Source: Acidobacteriota bacterium (GTDB lineage: Bacteria; Acidobacteriota; UBA6911). From it: a DNA stretch of 64,000 nt. Positions 9,040-18,395 of this stretch are shown in pieces; the first letter of the stretch is position 1; each line of letters begins with the position of its first letter. Position numbers and translations under genes: made by a program. Under the pieces are notes generated by a model that saw only the letters and a program-made list of their open reading frames with translations, had not been told where the DNA came from and searched no databases. The stretch is taken from contig JAAYCX010000020.1 in NCBI GenBank assembly GCA_012729555.1, positions 14,908-78,907 of the forward strand. Direction: 5' to 3'.

Positions 9040-11334
9040 CTATTCCGCCATGGTCACGCGGTCGCGCCCGGCGTTCTTGCTGCGGTAAAGGGCCTTGTCG
9101 GCCGCCTCGACGAGCGCCTGGGCGCTGCGGCCGTGGTCGGGGAAGACGGCCACCCCCATCGACGCCGTGATGCGCCCCAGGGGGATGCCGCGGTAGTGGA
9201 CATCCAGGCGCTGGATCGCCTCCTTGAAGAACTCGGCCCGCTGCCGGGTGACGTCGCGGCTCCCCTCGGGCAGGATCAGGGTGAACTCCTCCCCCCCGTA
9301 ACGGCAGGCGATGTCCTCGCCGCGGATGTTGCCCCGCAGCAGCAGCCCCAGCTCCTTCAGCAGCAGGTCCCCCGCCTCGTGCCCGAAGTTGTCGTTGAAG
9401 TACTTGAAGTGGTCGAGGTCGATCATGATCATCCCCAGCGGGCGCTGGTTCCGGGCCGCCCGGCGCAGTTCCAGCTCGAGCGACTCCTCCATGAACCTCC
9501 GGTTGAAGAGCCCCGTCAGCGGGTCGCGGATCGACTGGCTGCGCAGCGTCTCGTGCAGGCGCAGGTTCGACAGCGCCATGGCGATGTGCTCCGACATGGT
9601 GACGGCCAGCCGCTGCTTGCTCTCGGTCATCTGGACGTCGTCCGGCTGCATGAGGTGCAGCATCCCGAGCGCCTCGCTCTGCGCCATCATCGGGATGCAC
9701 ATGTAGCCGGCCGGGGCGGGGTGGTGCACGTGGCGGCAGACCAGGCCGGAGCCCGCGTGCTCGACCCAGTGGATCCGCCCCCGCCGCAGCGCCCAGCATT
9801 CGGCCGGGGCGAAGGACTCCTCCGCCAGCTCCGGGTCCCCCCAGACCGCCGCGGCCTCCACCGAGTCGCGGGAGGAGGAGATGACGTAGAGCGCCCCCAC
9901 CTTCGCCGGGAAGATCTGCTGCGCCACCCGGACGATGGCGCCGTAGGCCTCCTCGGTCGTGAGGCAGGCGCGCAGGATGTCGCCCATCTCGTTGAGGAGG
10001 ACCATCTCGCGCGTCCGCTGCTCCAGCTCCCCCACCCAGGCCTCGAGCTTCTCCTTCGCCTCCTTCAGCTGCGCCTCGGTCTTCTTGCGCGCGGTGATGT
10101 CGCGCGCGATCCCCTGCACCGACACGGCCCTCCCCTCGCGGAAGAGGGGGCGGGTGCTGACCTCCAGGGCGACGCGGCCGCCGTCCTTGGCCACGATCTC
10201 CAGTTCGTAATTCAGGGGGATTTCGCCCGCCACCTGCGGGTCGGTCAGCACTTCCCCCAGGTGGGCGCACTCGGGCGTCAGGAGGTCGGTGAACTTCATC
10301 TCGAGCGCCTCGGAGCGGGTGTAGAGCGCGATCCGCTCGATCGCCCGGTTGATCGACAGGATCCTCCCCTCGAAGTCGTGGGTGTAGATGATGTCGCTGG
10401 CGTTTTCGAACATCTCCCGGTAGATCCCTTCGCGCTCCTTCCGTTCCCCGGTGCCGCTGCGGCGGAAATACTCCCCGGGGTTGCGGAAGATCTCGACCAG
10501 GCGCGGCTCCTGGTGCACCAGGGGGAGAAAATGGGCCCGCACCGCCGGGTGGAGTTCGCTCCCGATCTCCGGGTGCGCCTCCATCCACATGTGCTCCCCC
10601 CGGGCCGCGGCGAGCAGGAGCGTCAGCGAAAGGTACCAGGCGTCCCCCAGCAGGTCCTTCAGCCCCGCCGTCGCGCGCTCCGCCCCGGGGACCCCCAAAA
10701 AGAGGGCCAGGGCGAGGGTGGACACCCCCTCCTCGAACCCGGGGACGCCGGCGGGCCAGGATCCGGAGGAGCGTGTCGTGCCGGCCAGGGCCGAGAGCGC
10801 GTTTTCGATCTCCCCGGCGTCGGGCTCCGGGAGTTCCAGCAGTTCCCTCACCTCGCGCGCGCCGACCCCCAGCTCGCGCAGGGTGCACGCGTGCACCACG
10901 GCGAAATAGGGGGAGGTCGTCGAACGGGAGAGGCGCAGCCGGAGCTTCTCCCTGAAAAGCTCCGGGAGCGGGTTGTCGCAGAAGCCCGCACGGTACCGGC
11001 GCCAGAGGTCTTCGAGGATGTCGGGAAACTCGAGGGCGGGAATGAAGCAGGGGGGTAGGAAACCGATCCGCTCCTCGATCGCGGCGCGGATGCGGGAAGC
11101 GTCCCCGCCGGCGGCCGGGGGCGCGGGCGCGGCCTCCGGGGCGAGTTCCGGTTCCAGGCGCTTCAGCTCCTCGAGCTTCCCCCAGAGGGCTTCCAGTTCG
11201 CCGTCCGTGCTGCCTTCCCGTTCCATTGCGCGATGAACCCGAGTGAGTAGAGCCTGCCCGTGACGCACCAGCGACGACGCATCTTCGGTTTGCTTCATCA
11301 GGGGCGGGGGGAGCGCTGTTTGCCTGAAGGGCAA
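9040..11334 (-). CDS. PAS-GAF-GGDEF diguanylate cyclase (intact GGEEF active site and RxxD I-site)
   Basis: C-terminal GGDEF domain with RGEDIACRYGGEEF; upstream GAF and PAS segments. Start is uncertain: TTG at 11334 or ATG at 11298. Confidence 0.85.
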   Translation of the reverse strand: MPFRQTALPPPLMKQTEDASSLVRHGQALLTRVHRAMEREGSTDGELEALWGKLEELKRLEPELAPEAAPAPPAAGGDASRIRAAIEERIGFLPPCFIPALEFPDILEDLWRRYRAGFCDNPLPELFREKLRLRLSRSTTSPYFAVVHACTLRELGVGAREVRELLELPEPDAGEIENALSALAGTTRSSGSWPAGVPGFEEGVSTLALALFLGVPGAERATAGLKDLLGDAWYLSLTLLLAAARGEHMWMEAHPEIGSELHPAVRAHFLPLVHQEPRLVEIFRNPGEYFRRSGTGERKEREGIYREMFENASDIIYTHDFEGRILSINRAIERIALYTRSEALEMKFTDLLTPECAHLGEVLTDPQVAGEIPLNYELEIVAKDGGRVALEVSTRPLFREGRAVSVQGIARDITARKKTEAQLKEAKEKLEAWVGELEQRTREMVLLNEMGDILRACLTTEEAYGAIVRVAQQIFPAKVGALYVISSSRDSVEAAAVWGDPELAEESFAPAECWALRRGRIHWVEHAGSGLVCRHVHHPAPAGYMCIPMMAQSEALGMLHLMQPDDVQMTESKQRLAVTMSEHIAMALSNLRLHETLRSQSIRDPLTGLFNRRFMEESLELELRRAARNQRPLGMIMIDLDHFKYFNDNFGHEAGDLLLKELGLLLRGNIRGEDIACRYGGEEFTLILPEGSRDVTRQRAEFFKEAIQRLDVHYRGIPLGRITASMGVAVFPDHGRSAQALVEAADKALYRSKNAGRDRVTMAE
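9459..9592. repeat. about 130-bp segment roughly 95% identical to 11816..11949 (paralog gene conversion tract)
   Basis: Manual alignment of both gene segments (both encode MALSNLRLHETLRNQSIRDPLTGLFNR at the start of the GGDEF domain); only about 7 mismatches over about 130 nt. Confidence 0.7.
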
Positions 11335-11391
11335 TTCTGACCCAACTCCCCGGAAAGGCCAAGAAAAAAATGCGTTGGGGGGGAGCCGGCG

Positions 11392-13356
11392 TCAGCTGGC
11401 GACCACCACCGAGTCCCCGCCCCCCGAGCGCGCCCGGCCGACGGCCGCCTCCGCCGAGCGCAGGAGGGCCTCCACGGTCTGCCCGTGATCGGGGAAGAGG
11501 GCCATCCCGACCGACGCGGAGACCCGGTCCCCCTCCCGCGCCCCGGGATACTGCACGTCCATCCCCCGCACCAGGTCCCTCAGCGTCTCGGCCCGCCTCC
11601 GGCCGACGTCGCGGCCGCTGTGGGGAAGGAGCAGCACGAAAGCGTGCCCGCTGAAGCGGCAGGCGACGTCTCCCTTGCGGATCCTGGACTGCAGCCGCGC
11701 GGCGGTCCGGCAGAGGAGGGAGTCCCCGGCGTCGAGCCCCCAGTCTTCGGTCATTTTCTGGAACCGGTCGAGCGCGGCCATGATCACCACCAGCGTCCCC
11801 TGGGTGCGCGCCGCGCGCCGCAGCTCCAGCTCGAGCGCCTCCTCCATGAAGCTGCGGTTGAAGAGCCCGGTCAGCGGGTCGCGGATCGACTGGTTGCGCA
11901 GCGTCTCGTGCAGGCGCAGGTTCGACAGCGCCATGGCGACCCGCTCCCCCATGGCGGTCGCGAGCCGCTGCTTCGCTTCGCCGAGCGGCGTCCCGTCGGC
12001 GTGGGCCAGGTGGAGCACCCCCACCGCCTCGCTCTGGGCCATCATCGGGACGCAGAGGTAGCCGCGCGGAGGGGGGGTCTCCAGGTGCTTGCACAGGAGG
12101 CCGACGCCGGTGTCCTCCACCCAGTGCACCCTCCCCCGGCGCAGGGCCCAGCATTCGTCGGGGGTGAAGGTGGTCGCCATCCGCTCCGCGTCCCCCCACC
12201 CGGCGACCGATTCCACGATGTTGCGGAGCGGGCCCATCACGTAGAGCGCCCCCGCCTCCTCCGGAAAGATCTCCCGGGCGATCCGCACGATCACCTCGTA
12301 GACCTCCTCGGCCGTGAGGCAGGCGCGCAGGATGTCGCCCATCTCGCCGAGCAGCGTCATCTCGCGGGTGCGCTGCTCCAGGTCCCGCACCCAGGCCTCG
12401 AGCCTGCGGTTGGCCGCGGCGAGCTCCCCCTCGGCCCTCTTCCGCTCGCTGACGTCCCGGGCGATCCCCTGGATCCCGTGGGGGCGGCCTTCGCGGAAGA
12501 TGAGACGGTGGCTCACCTCGAAGGTGAAGCGGGCGCCGTCCTTGGCGATGACGTCCAGTTCGGCCGTCATCGGCACCGCGTCGGCGATCTGCCGGTCGAT
12601 CATCCTGCGGGCGGCCGCCCTCGATTCGGGGGCCACCAGCTGGCTGAACCGCATCCGGAGGGCCTCCTCCAGGGAGTATCCCAGCATCCGCTCCGCCGCC
12701 TTGTTCATGGAGGTGATTCTGCCGGAGAGGTCGTGGGTGTAGACCATGTCGTAGGCGTTTTCGAACAGTTCCCGGTAGCGCTCCTCGCTCGCGCGCCGCG
12801 CCTCCTCGGCCAGCGCCCGCTCGGTCACGTCGCGCACGATCGCCAGGCCCCCGATCACCTCCCCCTCCCCCGGGCCGTGGATGGGACCGTAGTACCCCTC
12901 GAACCAGACGCTCGCGCCCCCCGGGGCCGTGTAGCACTTCCCCTTCGAAACGCTCTTCCGCCCCTCGAGCGCCGCACCGATGTTCGCGTCCTCCCCCAGC
13001 TCCTCCAGGAAGGGGCAGGCCAGGAAGGCGGGGCGGCCGAGGACCTCCCCCGCGGCGAGGCCGAACATCCTCTCCATCGCGGGGTTCCAGACCGTGAAGA
13101 ACCCGTCCCGGTCGAAGGCGATGATGCCGTCGACGCTGCTGTCGACGAGCCACCCGAGGAGCTGTTTCTCGCTCTCGAGCGCGCGGACCCTGGCGGGGAC
13201 GGGGGGGCGCTCCGGGGCGCCGGCCGGGGCGGGGGGGGCGCTCGCGGCGCCGCTGGGGGACGGGCGCAGGATGAGGCTGTGCAGGTGCGCGATCTCCTCG
13301 CGCAGCGACTCCAGTTCCTCTGCAAGATCGCTCTTGGGCGTGTCTTTCGGTTCCAT
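11392..13356 (-). CDS. PAS-PAS-GAF protein with degenerate GGDEF domain (SGHAF in place of GGDEF; I-site RKGD retained)
   Basis: Tandem paralog of the downstream gene. Active-site pentapeptide is SGHAF, confirmed on DNA (agcgggcacgctttc read on the minus strand); the RxxD motif is present 5 residues upstream. Confidence 0.85.
   Translation of the reverse strand: MEPKDTPKSDLAEELESLREEIAHLHSLILRPSPSGAASAPPAPAGAPERPPVPARVRALESEKQLLGWLVDSSVDGIIAFDRDGFFTVWNPAMERMFGLAAGEVLGRPAFLACPFLEELGEDANIGAALEGRKSVSKGKCYTAPGGASVWFEGYYGPIHGPGEGEVIGGLAIVRDVTERALAEEARRASEERYRELFENAYDMVYTHDLSGRITSMNKAAERMLGYSLEEALRMRFSQLVAPESRAAARRMIDRQIADAVPMTAELDVIAKDGARFTFEVSHRLIFREGRPHGIQGIARDVSERKRAEGELAAANRRLEAWVRDLEQRTREMTLLGEMGDILRACLTAEEVYEVIVRIAREIFPEEAGALYVMGPLRNIVESVAGWGDAERMATTFTPDECWALRRGRVHWVEDTGVGLLCKHLETPPPRGYLCVPMMAQSEAVGVLHLAHADGTPLGEAKQRLATAMGERVAMALSNLRLHETLRNQSIRDPLTGLFNRSFMEEALELELRRAARTQGTLVVIMAALDRFQKMTEDWGLDAGDSLLCRTAARLQSRIRKGDVACRFSGHAFVLLLPHSGRDVGRRRAETLRDLVRGMDVQYPGAREGDRVSASVGMALFPDHGQTVEALLRSAEAAVGRARSGGGDSVVVAS
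11816..11949. repeat. partner copy of the about 130-bp near-identical tract at 9459..9592
   Basis: See 9459..9592. Confidence 0.7.
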
Positions 13357-13537
13357 GGGATCTCACGCCCCGCTCCGGGGCCGGGTGCCGGGGAGCTCAA
13401 ATGCATTTATATGAAAGGCTTATGCCCCCCCGCACCGCACTCAGGTTATCGTTGGGGGGAGGCGGAACCTTTAGACAAATCGCCTCCGGCGGGGCTCCCG
13501 TTTGTCATCCGCCCCCCGCCCGTATATATTTAATACC

Positions 13538-14410
13538 ATGAAGTACGAAGGGATGATTTACCGGCCTCCCAGCGAGGCCGACAGCCTGATCCTGCAGGTG
13601 GCGGTGGGGTGCTCCTACAACCGCTGCACCTTCTGCCACTCCTTCCGGGGGAAGACCTTCCGCGTCAAGTCGTTCGAGGAGATCCGGGAGGACATCGACG
13701 AGGCCTCCGCCTGCGGCCCGATCCGGCGCGTTTTCCTGGCCGACGGGGACGCGCTGGTGATGACCCAGCCGGAGCTGGTGCGGGTGCTCGGCTACCTCCG
13801 GGAGAAGATCCGCGGGCTGGAGCGGGTGGGGATCTACGCCAACGCCGTCGACATCCTGAAAAAGGAGCCGGAGGAGCTCGAAGAGCTCCGCTCCCTGGGG
13901 CTCGGCATCCTCTACCTGGGGCTGGAATCGGGGAACCCGGAGGTGCTCCGGCGGATCCGCAAAAACGCCACCGCGGAGCAGATGGTCCGGGCGGGAAAGC
14001 GGGTGAAGAGCTCGGGCATCCTCCTCTCGATCACGGTGCTGCTGGGGATCGGCGGGGTCGAGCTGAGCCAGGAGCACGCGCGGGACACCGGCAGGGTCCT
14101 GTCGGAGATGGACCCCGATTTCGTCGGCGCCCTCTCCCTCATCGTCGTCCCCGGCACCCCGATCGAAGAGGACCTCCGGAGCGGCCGCCTGGTCCTCCCC
14201 TCCCCCTTCGGCCTCATCCAGGAGCTGGGGATCATGATCGCCCACACCGACGTCACCCGCTGCTTCTTCGCCTCCAACCACGCCTCCAATTACCTGCCGC
14301 TCAGGATCCGGATGCCGGAGGAAAAGGGGCGCGCCCTCGGCCTCATCCGGGAAGTGCTGGAAAGAAAGGACCCGGAGCTGCTGCGCCCCGAATTCATGCG
14401 GGCCCTGTAA
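13538..14410 (+). CDS. radical SAM domain protein (unusual CX4CX2C cluster spacing)
   Basis: ATG 13538; motif VGCSYNRCTFCHSF read from gtg gcg gtg ggg tgc tcc tac aac cgc tgc acc ttc tgc; glycine-rich SAM-binding region follows. Family not assignable by eye. Confidence 0.7.
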   Translation: MKYEGMIYRPPSEADSLILQVAVGCSYNRCTFCHSFRGKTFRVKSFEEIREDIDEASACGPIRRVFLADGDALVMTQPELVRVLGYLREKIRGLERVGIYANAVDILKKEPEELEELRSLGLGILYLGLESGNPEVLRRIRKNATAEQMVRAGKRVKSSGILLSITVLLGIGGVELSQEHARDTGRVLSEMDPDFVGALSLIVVPGTPIEEDLRSGRLVLPSPFGLIQELGIMIAHTDVTRCFFASNHASNYLPLRIRMPEEKGRALGLIREVLERKDPELLRPEFMRAL

Positions 14411-14476
14411 CTCGCGGGTCGGCCCGGGCCTGTGGTATACTCGATGGGATTGGGAACCGTTCCGGAAAGAAGCGTT

Positions 14477-14881
14477 ATGGGCGCAGGAAAGAAATTCTGG
14501 GTGGGAGGCCTCATCATCGTCGCGGCCCTGGCGTGGCTCGGGTTCGTGGGCTTCCAGGAGAGCAAGGCCTACTACATCACGGTGGACGAGTTCAGCTCGC
14601 TGCGGGGGGAATACGAGGGGAAGCGCTTCAAGCTCGCCGGGGACGTCGTCGAGGGATCGATCGACCGGAGCCGGCCGCAGATGGAGTTCGTCATCTCGAG
14701 CCCCCGGTCGAGCATCCGCGTCCGCTACACCGGCGCGGACATCATCCCCGACACCTTCAAGGACGGGTCGAAGGCCCTGGTGGAAGGGACCGTCGCCCCC
14801 GACGGCGTCTTCGAAGCCCGGCGGATAGAGGCGAAGTGCGCTTCGAAATACGAAGCGGAGTACGACGAGAGAACCTCCTGA
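14477..14881 (+). CDS. ccmE: cytochrome c-type biogenesis heme chaperone CcmE, Cys (CxxxY) variant
   Basis: N-terminal membrane anchor and OB-fold core; heme-binding motif reads AKCASKYEA, with Cys where canonical CcmE has His (HxxxY). Confidence 0.85.
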   Translation: MGAGKKFWVGGLIIVAALAWLGFVGFQESKAYYITVDEFSSLRGEYEGKRFKLAGDVVEGSIDRSRPQMEFVISSPRSSIRVRYTGADIIPDTFKDGSKALVEGTVAPDGVFEARRIEAKCASKYEAEYDERTS

Positions 14882-14894
14882 CTTCAGGGACTTC

Positions 14895-16880
14895 ATGGCC
14901 GATTTCGGAAATTTCTGCCTTCTCCTGGCCCTGTGCCTTTCGCTCTACGCCCTCATCGCCTCGCTGACCGGCGCCTCCCTCGCCCGGCGCCGCGTCGTCT
15001 GGAGCGGGGAGCGCGCGGCGCTCGCCGCCTCGGCGGCCGCCCTCCTCGCCTTCGGCGCCCTCCTCTACCTCATGCTGGCGGACGATTTCGCCACCTCCCA
15101 CGTGGCCAACAACAGCAGCCGCTCGCTCCCCATCCTGTACAAGATCTCGGCCATCTGGGGGGGGCACGACGGCTCGATGCTCCTGTGGGTGTTCTTCACC
15201 GCCCTCCTCTCGGGCCTCGTCATCGTGCAGAACCGCCGCCGCCACCGGGACATGATGCCCTGGGTGGTCGCCGTGCTGATGGTCAACCTCGCCTTCTTCC
15301 TCGCGCTCAACCTCTTTTTGTCCAACCCCTTCGACCAGCTGGTCCGGATCTCGCCCGACGGCGCGACGGCCCCCTTCGTCCCCGCCGACGGGAGGGGGCT
15401 CAACCCGCTGCTCCAGTACTGGGCCATGGTCATCCACCCCCCGATCCTCTACGTGGGCTTCATCGGCTTCGTGGTCCCCTTCGCCTTCGCCGTCGCCGCC
15501 CTCGTCACCCGGCAGCAGGGCAACGCCTGGGTCCGGATCGTCCGGCGCTGGACGCTGGTGGTCTGGCTGTTGCTGGGGATCGGCATCATCCTCGGCGGCA
15601 AGTGGGCCTACGTCGTGCTCGGGTGGGGGGGGTACTGGGGGTGGGACCCGGTGGAGAACGCCTCCCTGATGCCGTGGCTGGTGAGCACCGCTTTCCTCCA
15701 TTCCATCGTCGTGCAGGAGCGGCGCGGGATGCTGAAGGTCTGGAACGTCATCCTGGTCCTCCTCACCTACCTCCTCGGGATCTTCGGGACCTTTCTCACC
15801 CGCAGCGGGATCGTCAATTCGGTGCACGCCTTCGCCGACTCGAACCTGGGAAGGTTCTTCGTCTACTACATGGCCTTCGTGCTCGCCGGCACCCTCCTGC
15901 TCCTGGCCGACCGGCAGCCGTACCTGCGGAGCGAGCGGCGGCTCGACTCGATGATCTCGCGCGAAAGCGCCTTCCTGTTCAACAACCTCGTGCTGGTGGC
16001 CGCCTGTTTCGCCGTGTTCTGGGGCACGATGTTCCCCGCCCTGTCGGAATGGATCCGGGGGACCAAGATCTCGGTCGGCCCCCTCTTCTTCGACAGGATC
16101 AACGTCCCGATCGGTCTGCTCCTGCTCCTGCTGACCGGGATCGGGCCGCTGCTGGCCTGGCGCCGGGCCTCGCCCGCCGCCCTCGGCCGGGCGTTTTTGT
16201 GGCCCGGCGTCGCCGCCGCCCTGGCCCTGGCCGGGCTCCTCGCCGGGGGGCTCCGGAATTTTTACGTGACCGTCTGCCTCACCCTCTGCGCCTTCGTCCT
16301 GGCGACCATCGTCCAGGAGTTCGCCGAAGGCGCCCGGGTACGGATGCGGCAGCACGGGGAACGTTTCCCCGAAGCCCTCGGCCGCCTCGTCCTCCGCAAC
16401 ACCCGCCGCTACGGGGGGTACGTCGTCCACCTCGGCGTGGTGCTCATGTTCGTGGGGTTCGCCGGGAACGCCTTCAACCGGGAGGCCACGCTCCACCTCC
16501 AGACGGGGGAGACGGGGAGGGTGGGCGATTACGCCCTCACCCTGGCCGATTTCCACCAGGGGCGGGAGGCCCTGTACGAGTACGGGCGGGCGGTGATCGA
16601 GGTCACCCGCGACGGCCGGCCGGCCGGCACCCTGACCGCGGAAAAGCGCATCTTCGATTCCGGGGGGCAGACCACCACGACCGTGGGCCTTCGCAGCACC
16701 CCGAAGGAGGACCTGTACGTGGTCTTCACCGGCATCACGGGGGACGCCTTCGAGATCAAGGCGCACGTGAACCCCCTGGTGTTCTGGCTCTGGCTCGGGT
16801 CCGGGATCCTGGTCCTGGGGACCCTCCTGACCCTTTTGAACTCAAAGCGCGGCGGCCGCCCCGGGGAGGCCGTTCGCTGA
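14895..16880 (+). CDS. ccmF: cytochrome c-type biogenesis protein CcmF
   Basis: 661-aa polytopic membrane protein with CcmF/NrfE signature segments (WGGYWGWDPVEN, conserved His residues). Confidence 0.9.
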   Translation: MADFGNFCLLLALCLSLYALIASLTGASLARRRVVWSGERAALAASAAALLAFGALLYLMLADDFATSHVANNSSRSLPILYKISAIWGGHDGSMLLWVFFTALLSGLVIVQNRRRHRDMMPWVVAVLMVNLAFFLALNLFLSNPFDQLVRISPDGATAPFVPADGRGLNPLLQYWAMVIHPPILYVGFIGFVVPFAFAVAALVTRQQGNAWVRIVRRWTLVVWLLLGIGIILGGKWAYVVLGWGGYWGWDPVENASLMPWLVSTAFLHSIVVQERRGMLKVWNVILVLLTYLLGIFGTFLTRSGIVNSVHAFADSNLGRFFVYYMAFVLAGTLLLLADRQPYLRSERRLDSMISRESAFLFNNLVLVAACFAVFWGTMFPALSEWIRGTKISVGPLFFDRINVPIGLLLLLLTGIGPLLAWRRASPAALGRAFLWPGVAAALALAGLLAGGLRNFYVTVCLTLCAFVLATIVQEFAEGARVRMRQHGERFPEALGRLVLRNTRRYGGYVVHLGVVLMFVGFAGNAFNREATLHLQTGETGRVGDYALTLADFHQGREALYEYGRAVIEVTRDGRPAGTLTAEKRIFDSGGQTTTTVGLRSTPKEDLYVVFTGITGDAFEIKAHVNPLVFWLWLGSGILVLGTLLTLLNSKRGGRPGEAVR

Positions 16881-16918
16881 CGGGCGCCGGCCCGGGGGCC
16901 GGCTGACAGGGAGTGGCG

Positions 16919-17323
16919 ATGCTCTGGATCGTGTGCGCGGTGGCCGTCGTGGTCGCGGGAGGGTTCGTCCTCGCCCCCCTCTTCAGGAGCGCGCCCCCGG
17001 GGGCGGACGCCGGGGGGGAAACGGAGCGCGACCGCCTGCTCGAGCGCAAGACGGCGTGCTACCGCAACCTCAAGGAGCTGGAGTTCCAGTTCGGGATGGG
17101 GCGCCTCCTCGAGGCCGATTACGAAATGCTCCGGGCGGAACACCGGGCCGAGGCGGCCCGCATCCTGGAGGAGCTGGAGCGGCTCGGGGCTCCCGGCGGC
17201 CGGCGGGCGGCCGGGCTCGGGCCGGGGGGGAAGAAAGAGCGTGACAGCGCCCGCTGCCCCGCCTGCGGCGCCGCCGTCTCCCCCGGCAAGAAATTCTGTG
17301 CGGACTGCGGAAAGCGGCTTTAA
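16919..17323 (+). CDS. hypothetical membrane-anchored protein with C-terminal zinc ribbon (CPAC...CADC)
   Basis: Sits between ccmF and ccmA; N-terminal TM helix, helical middle and two CxxC pairs at the C-terminus; ATG 16919 after AGGGAG. Confidence 0.5.
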   Translation: MLWIVCAVAVVVAGGFVLAPLFRSAPPGADAGGETERDRLLERKTACYRNLKELEFQFGMGRLLEADYEMLRAEHRAEAARILEELERLGAPGGRRAAGLGPGGKKERDSARCPACGAAVSPGKKFCADCGKRL

Positions 17324-17327
17324 AACC

Positions 17328-18395
17328 ATGAAAACGGTGCGCCTGATTCTGATCCTGATCCTCTCCGCGGCCGGGGCACGGGCCCAGGAGCGCGGCGTCG
17401 TCGAAGGGCGGCTGGTCAACCGGACCGACCCCTCGATCCTCCCCTCCGGCGCCCCGCTCGAGATCCTCGAGCTGGAGGGGGGGATGCGGACCATCCGGAG
17501 CGCCGTCACCGATGCCGCGGGGGGAGTGCGCATCGAGGGGCTCCCCCGGTCGGAGCGGCTGATGCTGCGCGCCTCCTGGCGGGGGGTCCCCTACCACGCC
17601 CCGCTCGCCTTCGACGCCGCGGGGGTGGCCCGGGTGGAGCTCGAAGTCTACGAGACCACCTCTTCCGACGCCGACATCCGGGTGGAAAAGGTCCAGATGG
17701 CGTTCCAGTTCTCCGGGGACCGGATCCAGGCGCTCGAAACCTGGACCCTCCATAACCGCTCCCGTCCCCCCAGGATCTACGCCGACCCGGCGGGCACCTT
17801 CCGGATCTCCAAGGCGCCGGGGATCCTCCAGCCGCCGCGGATGCGGGTGACGGCCCCCGACTCCACCATGCCGCTGGTGCAGCCGGCGCTCGAAAGCGCC
17901 GACGGGGAGAGCTACTACACCCTCTACCCCTTGCGCCCCGGCCTGACCCTCATCGAGGCGGAGCAGGCGCTCCCCTACGCCGACCGCGCCTACACGTTCG
18001 TCAAGAAGTTCCACCGCGACGTGGAAGCGTTCCATATCGGCGTCCTCCCCGCCGACATGCTCCTCGAGGGGGCGGGGATCGAGCGGGTCGAGTCGCCCGG
18101 CGGCATGGCCGTCTACTCGAGCCCCGCGGCGGGCGCGGGGACGGAGGCGGCCTGGACCTTCTCGGGCGGGACCCCGGTGCCCGCGGCGTCCGCGCCCGGG
18201 GCGTCCGCGCCCGGGGCGGAGGAGGCGGAAGAGGGGGACCGCGTGGTGGCCCGCCCTTCGGCGGTGGGGCGAAACGCCCTCGTCATCGGCCCCCTGTTGC
18301 TCCTCGCCTTCATCCTCCCGCTCTGGTACGCCTGCAACCGGCCCCCCGGCCGGGGGCGTACGGCGAAGGCGTACAGCGAAAAAGTAAAGCCATGA
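17328..18395 (+). CDS. hypothetical exported protein with carboxypeptidase-regulatory-like N-domain and C-terminal TM anchor
   Basis: Signal peptide MKTVRLILILILSAAGARA, then GVVEGRLVNRTD..., then C-terminal hydrophobic helix VIGPLLLLAFILPLWY; inserted inside the ccm cluster. Confidence 0.55.
   Translation: MKTVRLILILILSAAGARAQERGVVEGRLVNRTDPSILPSGAPLEILELEGGMRTIRSAVTDAAGGVRIEGLPRSERLMLRASWRGVPYHAPLAFDAAGVARVELEVYETTSSDADIRVEKVQMAFQFSGDRIQALETWTLHNRSRPPRIYADPAGTFRISKAPGILQPPRMRVTAPDSTMPLVQPALESADGESYYTLYPLRPGLTLIEAEQALPYADRAYTFVKKFHRDVEAFHIGVLPADMLLEGAGIERVESPGGMAVYSSPAAGAGTEAAWTFSGGTPVPAASAPGASAPGAEEAEEGDRVVARPSAVGRNALVIGPLLLLAFILPLWYACNRPPGRGRTAKAYSEKVKP

Noticed and set aside
11370-11654. 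ORF 11370..11654 + spanning the GGDEF intergenic region
   Set aside because: The translation is a Pro/Arg/Gly-rich artefact that overlaps the start of the upstream GGDEF gene on the other strand.
13502-13537. TTG start at 13502 for the radical SAM gene (and similar TTG/GTG extensions in the ORF track)
   Set aside because: The ORF track treats TTG and GTG as M. ATG 13538 gives a conventional N-terminus. Starts were re-derived from the DNA for each called gene.
16919-17323. Possible CcmH (the ARCPAC segment resembles the CcmH LRCxxC motif)
   Set aside because: The motif lies at the C-terminus and is followed by a second CxxC (CADC), which is the geometry of a zinc ribbon. No periplasmic CcmH-like thioredoxin-helix layout. 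Kept as hypothetical.
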